DNA of 32,000 bases from Horticoccus luteus. GTDB lineage: Bacteria; Verrucomicrobiota; Verrucomicrobiia; Opitutales; Opitutaceae. Position 1 is the stretch's first letter. Every line of letters starts with the position of its first letter. Below, one piece after another: positions 25,008 to 32,000 of the stretch. A program made the translations under genes and the position numbers. Below the pieces are notes generated by a model. That model searched no databases. It was not told the origin of the DNA and saw nothing but the letters and a program-made list of their open reading frames with translations. The DNA lies in the NCBI RefSeq assembly GCF_019464535.1, contig NZ_CP080507.1, forward strand, positions 720,001 to 752,000. The letters are read 5' to 3'.

Positions 25008-25637
25008 ATGGACGGGGCCGTCGTCGCCGTGCCGGCCGATTGGGCGTTGCTGCCACCCGGTGACGCGGCGTTGAGCCGGCGCATCAAGGCGGACGGACCA
25101 TCCTGGACGGTGATCGAACTGAAGGGGCGGAAACGTTTTTCGCGTGGCATCTGGGCACCGGCGGCGCGGATCGATGCGCTGCGTTCGGCGCTCGCCGCGG
25201 AGCGGGCGGATCCGGCTTACGCGCGGCAACTCGAGGCGGGCCGACGGCGGCGGGCGGCGGAGCAAGTTGAGTATGTGGGTGAGTTTCGCGCGGCGGTGGA
25301 GACGTGGCTGGCGTTTCATCCGCGGCATGCGGTCGATGCGGCGAGCCTGGCGGAATTGATCGCGGCGCATGCGACGCCGGTCGGCAGCGGCACCGTGGCG
25401 CGCACGGAACGCATCCCCGTCGAGCAGCGCGCGGAAGCGGCGACGATCGCGTGGCTGCGGCACCAGACGACGGGTTACGATCACATGTCGATCCCGCGGG
25501 AAAAAGGCCGGCGGCGCGAAGTGCGGCGGATGCTGGCCGAGCGGTCGCGGGCGCTGCTCGCGCGCTATCGGGCGGGGCAGCCGGTGAAGCGCGGCACCTG
25601 TGTTCTGCAACAGGCGCTGGCGCGGGCGCGCGGGTGA
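25008..25637 (+). CDS. DUF2293 domain protein
   Basis: C-terminal part ...VGSGTVARTERIPVEQRAEAATIAWLRHQTTGYDHM...RREVRR... resembles DUF2293. The start is uncertain: the track ATG 24795 overlaps the divergent gene and has low GC3. In-frame candidates are GTG 24954, GTG 24975 and ATG 25008. The GC3 signal begins near 24977. Confidence 0.72.
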   Translation: MDGAVVAVPADWALLPPGDAALSRRIKADGPSWTVIELKGRKRFSRGIWAPAARIDALRSALAAERADPAYARQLEAGRRRRAAEQVEYVGEFRAAVETWLAFHPRHAVDAASLAELIAAHATPVGSGTVARTERIPVEQRAEAATIAWLRHQTTGYDHMSIPREKGRRREVRRMLAERSRALLARYRAGQPVKRGTCVLQQALARARG

Positions 25638-25641
25638 CGGA

Positions 25642-25677
25642 TTCCGCGGACGCCCGAGGATCGCGGGAGGATTTTTA
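25642..25677 (+). terminator. Probable intrinsic terminator after the DUF2293 gene, overlapping the MFS stop codon
   Basis: TTCCGCG (25642-25648) pairs with CGCGGGA (25662-25668), 7 bp including one G-U, with a 13-nt loop. Then AGGA and TTTTT (25672-25676). Confidence 0.3.
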
Positions 25678-27204
25678 CTCGGGTGCCTGGTAGTGGCGCA
25701 GGCCGCCGAGGGCGATGAAACGGCGATAGACGACGAGCGACGCGGCGACGGCGAGGAGCGATAGAATGCCCGACGCGAGAAAGGTGAGCTGATACGCGTG
25801 GTGCGTGGCGTCGAGAATCCGCCCGATGATGATCGGCACGAACATCATGCCGACGGCCTGCACGATGAGCAGCGCGGAATAAAATTGGGCGAATCGCGCG
25901 CGCGGGAAAAGCCGTTGCCCGAGGGAGGCGGTCGTCGTGAAAAAGCAGCCGGAGAGCACGCCGTGCGCGACAAACGCGAAGGCGAACGTGCGGGTGTCGT
26001 GAATGCCGAAGCCGCCCCACAGGGCGAGTGCGGCGTAGGCGGCGCTGGTGAAGATGCCGACGCGCAAGGGGTGAAAACGATCGGCGGCCATCCCGAGGAA
26101 GTAGGAGAGCACGAGGGAAAACGCGTAAGTGAGCGCGACCAGTTTGCCGAACGTGTCGAGGCTCATGTCGATGCTCTTCGCGTAAAACAAACTGTAGAGG
26201 TTCACGGGCGCGAAGGCGACGAAGCCAAGGTTGTAGGCGACGAAGATCCACACGTAGTAAGAGTTGGAGAAACATTCGCGCAGGTAACTACGCGTGGCGG
26301 TGAGGAAGCCGGCGAAACCGGCGGAGGGACCGCGCGGCGGAGGCGGCGGATAGTCGCCCTCATGGACGCGGACACACATGAGGATGAGCGCGGCAAAGTA
26401 GATTCCGGCCAGAATCACGAGGATGAGTTCGAAATGGGATTCGGCGAACTTGAGAATGAAGTAGTTGAAGAGGATGCCGGCGCTCAGGCTCAGCGCGCGG
26501 AAAAGCCCAAAGAAGCGTCCGAGGAATTGCGCTGGGACCACGTCGTTGATGAGCGCGAGAAAGATGACGTTGGTCACGAGCTGGCCGAATTCGAACAGCA
26601 GCCAGAACGCGCCAAACAACCCCAGCGCGAGGGAGGACAGGCCGGGGGAATGCGGGCCGAGAGCACCGTCGAGCCACGAGGCGAGTCGCGGAGCAAGGCC
26701 GACGCCGATCATGCCGGCGGCGGCGATGGGAGTGGTCCAGAGCAGATAGGGAATGCGTCGTCCCCAGCGGCCGCGGTGACGATCGGAGCGGTAGCTGACG
26801 ATCGGCTGCAGGATGGCGGCGATTGCGAACGGCAGCGTGCCGACCAGCAGGCCGTTGAGGGTGTCGCTCGCGTGGAAGCGGCGCAGAAACAATTGCGCCA
26901 TCGGGACGACGGAACGTTCTTTGAGTGACCACGCGAAGTCGCCCCAGAGCAGCCAGCAGAAGAGGACGACGATCCCGCCGAACGTGTAGGTGAGGGCGCC
27001 GACGTGCCAGCGGCGACGGCCGTCGGGACCGACGGAAACATCGGGGGAGGAAGCAGGATCGGGAAGAGGGGAAGGAGATGACACGGGGCGGGGAGGATCG
27101 CAAAATGGCAACGAGGCGGGCGGATTGGGCGCATCCGGCGGACGGAGGTCAATCGCCGTGTCGACAGAAATGCGTGGAGCGTCAGATCCGAGGGCCGGAC
27201 TCAC
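25675..27204 (-). CDS. MFS transporter, GPH/SLC45-like (glycoside cation symporter type)
   Basis: About 12 hydrophobic helices and the loop motif YRSDRHRGRWGRRIPYLL, typical of GPH/sucrose-transporter-like MFS proteins. The longest ORF starts at GTG 27204. Other in-frame starts are TTG 27111 and GTG 27084. The GC3 signal only becomes strong below about 27035. Confidence 0.85.
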   Translation of the reverse strand: MSPALGSDAPRISVDTAIDLRPPDAPNPPASLPFCDPPRPVSSPSPLPDPASSPDVSVGPDGRRRWHVGALTYTFGGIVVLFCWLLWGDFAWSLKERSVVPMAQLFLRRFHASDTLNGLLVGTLPFAIAAILQPIVSYRSDRHRGRWGRRIPYLLWTTPIAAAGMIGVGLAPRLASWLDGALGPHSPGLSSLALGLFGAFWLLFEFGQLVTNVIFLALINDVVPAQFLGRFFGLFRALSLSAGILFNYFILKFAESHFELILVILAGIYFAALILMCVRVHEGDYPPPPPRGPSAGFAGFLTATRSYLRECFSNSYYVWIFVAYNLGFVAFAPVNLYSLFYAKSIDMSLDTFGKLVALTYAFSLVLSYFLGMAADRFHPLRVGIFTSAAYAALALWGGFGIHDTRTFAFAFVAHGVLSGCFFTTTASLGQRLFPRARFAQFYSALLIVQAVGMMFVPIIIGRILDATHHAYQLTFLASGILSLLAVAASLVVYRRFIALGGLRHYQAPE

Positions 27205-27251
27205 GCTGCGGCGTGGCGGCGTGGCTCAAGGCGAGCAGCAAAACGAGTCGG

Positions 27252-29078
27252 TCAGTCGAACGAGAGGCGGGAGTGAGTCGCGAGGTAGTCGGCGATGGCG
27301 GTGGCGAAGGTGGCGGCGAATTCGGCGCGTTTCTTTTCGCCCATGCCAGGGATGCCTTCCATCGCGGCGGAGGTGACCGGGTAATAGCGCGCCATCGCGC
27401 GGAGGGTCGTATCGCCAAAAATAATGTAAGCGGGCACACTGCGTTCGTCGGCGAGTTTTTTGCGCAGGGCGCGGAGGCGTTCGAAGAGCAGGTCGTCGCA
27501 CGCGATCTCGCCTTCACGGCGCACAGCGCGTTTCGCCTTCGGCAGGTCCATTGGCTTGGTGAGCGTGACGGCCGAGCGGGTGCGCAGGACATTCATCCCG
27601 GCGGATGTGAGTTCGAGAGTGGCGAATTCTCCTTCGGCGACGGCGAGGAAACCGAGGCGCATGAGTTCACGGCCGACGGCGCTCCATTGCGGGCGGGAGA
27701 ACTCGCGACCGATGCCGTAGGTCGTGAGCCGGTCGTGTTCCCAGCGGCGGATTTTATCGGTGTCGGCGCCGGTGAGGACTTCGATGATGTGATTCATCCC
27801 GACGTTGAAGCGGCTGTTTTGGCGGATGCGATAAACGCAGGAGAGGAATTTCTGCGCCGCGAGCGTGCCGTCGTAGGTCTCGCGTGGTTCGAGGCAGTTG
27901 TCGCAGGCGGCGCAGTTATCGAGGGGGAAAGTCTCGCCGAAATAGGCGAGCAATTCGGCGCGGCGGCAGCCGGCGCTCTCGGCGTAGTGGACGATCTGGC
28001 GGAGTTGGGCGCGCGCGACCTGCTGTTCGTGGGGATTGGTGATCTCGTCGAGGAAATGCGTTTGCTTCGCGATGTCGCCCGCGCTGAAAAGCAGGAGGCA
28101 GTCGCCGGGCAGGCCGTCGCGGCCGGCGCGACCGGTTTCCTGATAGTAGCCCTCGATGTTTTTCGGAAGGTCGTGGTGGATGACCCAGCGGACGTTGGGC
28201 TTGTTGATGCCCATGCCGAAGGCGATCGTCGCGCAAATGATGCGGGTGTCGTCGCGGAGAAACGCCTCTTGGTTGCGGGCGCGCTCTTCGCCGTCGAGGC
28301 CGGCGTGATACGCGCGGGCCGCGAAGCCGCGGCCGGCGAGCGATTCGGCGACGCGTTCGGCGGCGGCGCGGCTGGCGCAGTAGATGATGCCGCTCTCGCC
28401 TTCGCGTTTGCGCACAAAATCGATGACCTGCTTGATGGGCTGATCCTTGGGGACGACGCGGTAGGTGAGGTTGGGGCGGTTGAAACTGGCAACGAAGACG
28501 GCGGGGTCGTGCAGTTGCAGGTGTTTGATGATGTCGACGCGCACGCGTTCGGTCGCGGTGGCGGTGAGGGCCATGAGCGGCACCTCGGGGAGGAGTTTGC
28601 GCAACTTCGCGAGCTGGCGGTATTCGGGGCGGAAATCGTGGCCCCACTCGGAGACGCAGTGGGCTTCGTCGATGGCGAGGCAGGAGACGTGCCACTGTTT
28701 AAGGTTTTCCTGCCAGCCATCGAGCATGAGGCGCTCCGGCGCGACGTAGAGCAGGCGCCACTCGCCGCGGTGAAGGCCGCGGAGGCGGCGGCGGGATTCG
28801 TCGGCGGCGAGCGTGGAGTTGAGGAACGTGGCGGCGACGCCGCTGGCCTGAAGCTGGTCGACCTGATCCTTCATCAACGCGATGAGGGGCGAGACGACGA
28901 CGGTGAGGCCGGGGCGCACGAGCGCCGGAAGTTGGAAGCAAAGGGATTTGCCGCCGCCGGTGGGGAGCAGCGCAAACACGTCGCGGCCGCCGAGCGTGGC
29001 TTCGCAAATCTCGCGTTGCAGCGGGCGAAACGACGAATAGCCGAAAGTGGTTTTGAGCGTGGGAAGCAGGTCGGGCAC
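27252..29078 (-). CDS. recQ: ATP-dependent DNA helicase RecQ
   Basis: 608-aa ORF with a GTG start (cac at 29076-29078).
- N-terminus: FGYSSFRPLQ.
- Walker A: PTGGGKSLCFQLPA.
- DEAH box: AIDEAHCVSEWGHDFRPEY.
- RQC region with the Zn-binding Cys cluster (CRRAELL...CAACDNC).
- C-terminal HRDC domain. Confidence 0.95.
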   Translation of the reverse strand: MPDLLPTLKTTFGYSSFRPLQREICEATLGGRDVFALLPTGGGKSLCFQLPALVRPGLTVVVSPLIALMKDQVDQLQASGVAATFLNSTLAADESRRRLRGLHRGEWRLLYVAPERLMLDGWQENLKQWHVSCLAIDEAHCVSEWGHDFRPEYRQLAKLRKLLPEVPLMALTATATERVRVDIIKHLQLHDPAVFVASFNRPNLTYRVVPKDQPIKQVIDFVRKREGESGIIYCASRAAAERVAESLAGRGFAARAYHAGLDGEERARNQEAFLRDDTRIICATIAFGMGINKPNVRWVIHHDLPKNIEGYYQETGRAGRDGLPGDCLLLFSAGDIAKQTHFLDEITNPHEQQVARAQLRQIVHYAESAGCRRAELLAYFGETFPLDNCAACDNCLEPRETYDGTLAAQKFLSCVYRIRQNSRFNVGMNHIIEVLTGADTDKIRRWEHDRLTTYGIGREFSRPQWSAVGRELMRLGFLAVAEGEFATLELTSAGMNVLRTRSAVTLTKPMDLPKAKRAVRREGEIACDDLLFERLRALRKKLADERSVPAYIIFGDTTLRAMARYYPVTSAAMEGIPGMGEKKRAEFAATFATAIADYLATHSRLSFD

Positions 29079-29192
29079 AGGCGGAGACGGGGAAGTGTTG
29101 GGCGCGCGGGGCGGAGGGGAATAAGAAAATGCGCGTTGCGGGGCGATGGGCTTGCGGCGGCGGGACGGCGGGGCGAGAACGGAGGCTTCCCC

Positions 29193-32000
29193 ATGCGACT
29201 CGTTTCAACGTTCTGGATTACCGTGCTCGCGTTGGTGGCGAGTGCGGCGGCAGCCGTGGCGGCGCCCTTGGTCTCGCCGCGCGAACATTTTGGTTTTGCG
29301 ATCGGCGACGACTACCAGCTCGCCACTTACACGCAGACGGAGGCGTATTTCAAAAAGCTCGCGGCGGCGTCGGATCGCATGCGGCTGGTGGATATCGGGC
29401 GCACGGAGGAAGGGCGCACGCAATGGATGGTGATCATGTCGTCGCCGGCGAATCTGCAACGGCTGGACCGGTATCGCGAAATTTCCGAGCGACTGGCGCG
29501 GGCGGAGCTGGCACCGGACGAAGCCGAGGCGCTGGCGGCGGAGGGCAAAGCGGTCGTGTGGATCGACGGCGGATTGCACGCGAATGAGACCGTGGCGACG
29601 CAGCAGTTGATTGAATCGGTGTGGGCGTTCGCGAGTCGCGATGACGCGGAGACGCGGCGGATTTTGGACAACGTCATCATCCTTTTCGTGCACGCGAATC
29701 CGGACGGGCAGGAGCTCTACAGTTCATGGTATATGCGGCGGACCGAGCCAGCGAAACGCATCATCGAGAACACGCCGCGCTTGTGGGAAAAATACGCCGG
29801 GCACGACAACAACCGCGATTTCTTCATGATGAATCTGCGGGAGACGACGAACATCAACCGGCAGCTTTATCTGACGTGGTTCCCCCAGATTGTTTATAAC
29901 CATCACCAATCGGGACCGGCGGGGACGATCGTAGCGGGACCGCCCTATCGCGACCCGTTCAACTATGTTTACGATCCGCTGATCGTGACGCAGCTCGATG
30001 AAATCGGCGCGGCGATGCACACGCGGTGGATCGCCGCGGGCATGCCCGGGTCCACGATGAAAGGCGGCTCGGTGTTCTCGACGTGGTGGAACGGGGGCCT
30101 GCGGACGACGGTTTATTTCCACAACATTCTTGGGTTGTTGACGGAAGTCGTGGGCAGTCCGACGCCGATGGAGATTCCGTTGGTGCCGGAGCGGCAGATC
30201 CCGTCGGGCGACCTGCCGTTGCCGGTGGAGCCGCAGGTCTGGCATTTCCGACGGTCGATCGACTACGAACTGACGGCGAACTACGCGGTGCTGAACTACG
30301 CGGCGCGGCATCGCGACGAGTTGCTGCGGCAGATTTATCAAATGGGCCGCAACTCGATCACGCGCGGGCAGGAGGATCATTGGACGAATTATCCGCGTCG
30401 GGTGGAGGCGATGCAGAAGGCGGCGGAGGCGGAGCGGCAAAAGTTGGTGAAGGAAGGAAAACTCGCGGCGGGCGCGAGTGAAGCCGGCACCGAGGGGAAG
30501 CGGCGAATCCCGGCGCGCTATTTCGAGGAATATCTGCGGCGGCCGGAGCTGCGCGATGCGCGGGGCTATATCGTGCCGGCGGACCAGGCGGATTTTCCCA
30601 CGGCGGTGAAGTTCGTGAACACGTTGATCAAGGCGGGGGTGTGCGTGCAGCGGGCGACGAAGGATTTTTCCGTACAGGGAAATAAATATCCCGCGGGGTC
30701 GTATGTGGTGAAGACTGACCAGGCGTTTCGGCCCTACGTGCTGGATATGTTCGAGCCGCAGGCTTATCCGAACGATTTCAAATATGCCGGCGGTCCACCG
30801 ATCCCGCCGTATGATTCGGCGGGCTGGACGCTCGCTTACGAGATGGGCGTAGCGTTCGACCGCGTGCTGGAGGGATTCGACGGTCCCTTCGCGCAGGTGC
30901 CGTATGGGCACGAGCAGGCGGCGCCCGCAAAGCCCGTTGATGTCGCGGCGCGCGCAAGCGGGGGATATCTCCTGAGCGCGACGCAAAACGATGCGTTCCG
31001 GTTGGTGAATCGTCTGTTGAAAGCGGGAGCCGCGGTGTCGTGGCCGGCGGGCAATGCGGGCGCCCGGGCCGGGAGCATCTACGTCGAGGAAAGTGCGGCG
31101 GCGCGAGACGTGCTCGGCCGCGACGCTCCGGCGCTCGGGGTTGACGTGCGGCGCGTGCCCGAGGGGCCGATGGGACTGAAAGTGACATTGCATCCGGCGC
31201 GAGTGGCGTTGGTCGATGTCTATGGCGGATCGATCCCGGCGGGATGGACACGCTGGCTGTTGGAGAAATTCGATTTTCCGTTTGAGGTGGTTTATCCGCA
31301 GACGATCGACGCGGGGGAATTGCGGACGCGTTACGATGTGATCGTGCTGGTCAACGGTGCGGTGCCGCCGCCGAAGCGGTTGGGCGCGCGAGAGAAGGCG
31401 GTCAGTGCGGCGATGAAACAACCGCGGGCCGAGGACATTCCGGCGGAGTTCCGCGGTTGGCTGGGGCGATTGACGGAAGAGAAGTCGCTCGCGCCGTTGC
31501 GGACGTTTCTCGAGACCGGCGGGACGATCGTGACGATCGGATCGAGCGCGAATCTCGCCTATGAGTTGGGACTGCCGGTGAGCAACGCGTTGGAAGAAGT
31601 GGCGGACGACGGGACGATGAAGCCGTTGCCGCGGGAAAAGTTTTTCGTGCCGGGGAGCCTGCTGGAAGCGCGGGTGGCGAGAGGAACGGAGGCGACGCGG
31701 GGATTGCCGGCGAAGGTGGATGTCTACTTTGACGAGAGCCCGGTGTTTCGGCTCGCGCCCGATGCGGAGGAGCGCGGCGTGCGGCCGTTGTTGTGGTTCG
31801 CGAGCGACCGGCCGTTGCGCAGTGGCTGGGTGTGGGGCCAGGAATATCTGAAGGATGGTGTGGCGGCGTTTGAGGCGAAGGTGGGCGCAGGGCGGCTGCG
31901 GGTGTTCGGGCCGGAAATCGCATTTCGCGGGCAGACGCACGGGACGTTCAAACTGTTGTTCAATTCGCTCTACCTGGAGCGCGTTGAGCCGTCGCAATGA
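29193..32000 (+). CDS. Secreted M14-family zinc metallopeptidase (carboxypeptidase-like) with large C-terminal extension, 935 aa
   Basis: The track ORF (27078..32000) is mostly antisense to recQ. The real start is ATG 29193 with GGAGG (29181-29185) at 7-nt spacing. It has a signal peptide MRLVSTFWITVLALVASAAAAVAAP, Zn motif HANE (29577-29588), and NPDG and HDNNRDF motifs. Stop TGA at 31998-32000. Confidence 0.88.
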   Translation: MRLVSTFWITVLALVASAAAAVAAPLVSPREHFGFAIGDDYQLATYTQTEAYFKKLAAASDRMRLVDIGRTEEGRTQWMVIMSSPANLQRLDRYREISERLARAELAPDEAEALAAEGKAVVWIDGGLHANETVATQQLIESVWAFASRDDAETRRILDNVIILFVHANPDGQELYSSWYMRRTEPAKRIIENTPRLWEKYAGHDNNRDFFMMNLRETTNINRQLYLTWFPQIVYNHHQSGPAGTIVAGPPYRDPFNYVYDPLIVTQLDEIGAAMHTRWIAAGMPGSTMKGGSVFSTWWNGGLRTTVYFHNILGLLTEVVGSPTPMEIPLVPERQIPSGDLPLPVEPQVWHFRRSIDYELTANYAVLNYAARHRDELLRQIYQMGRNSITRGQEDHWTNYPRRVEAMQKAAEAERQKLVKEGKLAAGASEAGTEGKRRIPARYFEEYLRRPELRDARGYIVPADQADFPTAVKFVNTLIKAGVCVQRATKDFSVQGNKYPAGSYVVKTDQAFRPYVLDMFEPQAYPNDFKYAGGPPIPPYDSAGWTLAYEMGVAFDRVLEGFDGPFAQVPYGHEQAAPAKPVDVAARASGGYLLSATQNDAFRLVNRLLKAGAAVSWPAGNAGARAGSIYVEESAAARDVLGRDAPALGVDVRRVPEGPMGLKVTLHPARVALVDVYGGSIPAGWTRWLLEKFDFPFEVVYPQTIDAGELRTRYDVIVLVNGAVPPPKRLGAREKAVSAAMKQPRAEDIPAEFRGWLGRLTEEKSLAPLRTFLETGGTIVTIGSSANLAYELGLPVSNALEEVADDGTMKPLPREKFFVPGSLLEARVARGTEATRGLPAKVDVYFDESPVFRLAPDAEERGVRPLLWFASDRPLRSGWVWGQEYLKDGVAAFEAKVGAGRLRVFGPEIAFRGQTHGTFKLLFNSLYLERVEPSQ

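Noticed and set aside
27078-29192. N-terminal 705 codons of the 1640-aa plus-strand ORF, a very long open frame
   Set aside because: It is exactly antisense to recQ. It translates to the Ala/Gly/Asp/Glu/Val-rich pattern typical of the complementary frame of high-GC genes. The M14 peptidase has its own ATG (29193), SD and signal peptide.
29724-31997. 757-aa minus-strand ORF
   Set aside because: It is antisense to the M14 peptidase gene, with an Arg-rich low-complexity translation and no motifs.

Overview
GC-rich (by eye roughly mid-60s % GC), densely coding bacterial chromosomal segment. The lineage cannot be assigned without a database search. I call 18 protein genes and one tRNA.

Gene order:
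- clpB (3' part only).
- Minus strand: a small acidic ORF followed by pgm. These are divergent from the next gene across a 537-bp non-coding region.
- Plus strand: a 2875-aa ChvB/NdvB/Cgs-type cyclic beta-1,2-glucan synthase, then psd, a two-domain rhodanese and a SufE-like protein, closed by a good intrinsic terminator.
- Plus strand continues: tRNA-Leu(UAG), a PPK2 polyphosphate kinase, a FadB/FadJ-like bifunctional enzyme, a 1033-aa single-chain E1alpha-E1beta-lipoyl-E2 2-oxoacid dehydrogenase, and a VOC-fold protein.
- Minus strand: a small membrane protein, cfa and a DUF2062 protein.
- DUF2293 (+), a GPH-like MFS transporter and recQ (-), and a secreted M14 peptidase (+).

I see no rRNA, CRISPR array, transposase, integrase, phage gene, toxin-antitoxin pair or recognisable defence system. 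The window looks like core metabolism and envelope/stress functions.

The best candidates for something not yet described are:
- the triple-fused E1-E2 dehydrogenase, which appears to lack a peripheral-subunit-binding domain;
- the genomic context of the giant glucan synthase: divergent from pgm, no adjacent exporter, apparently co-transcribed with psd, rhodanese and SufE.

Many long ORFs in the six-frame track are antisense shadows typical of high-GC DNA and are rejected. Several track 'M' starts are GTG or TTG codons, so start coordinates were re-examined by hand.
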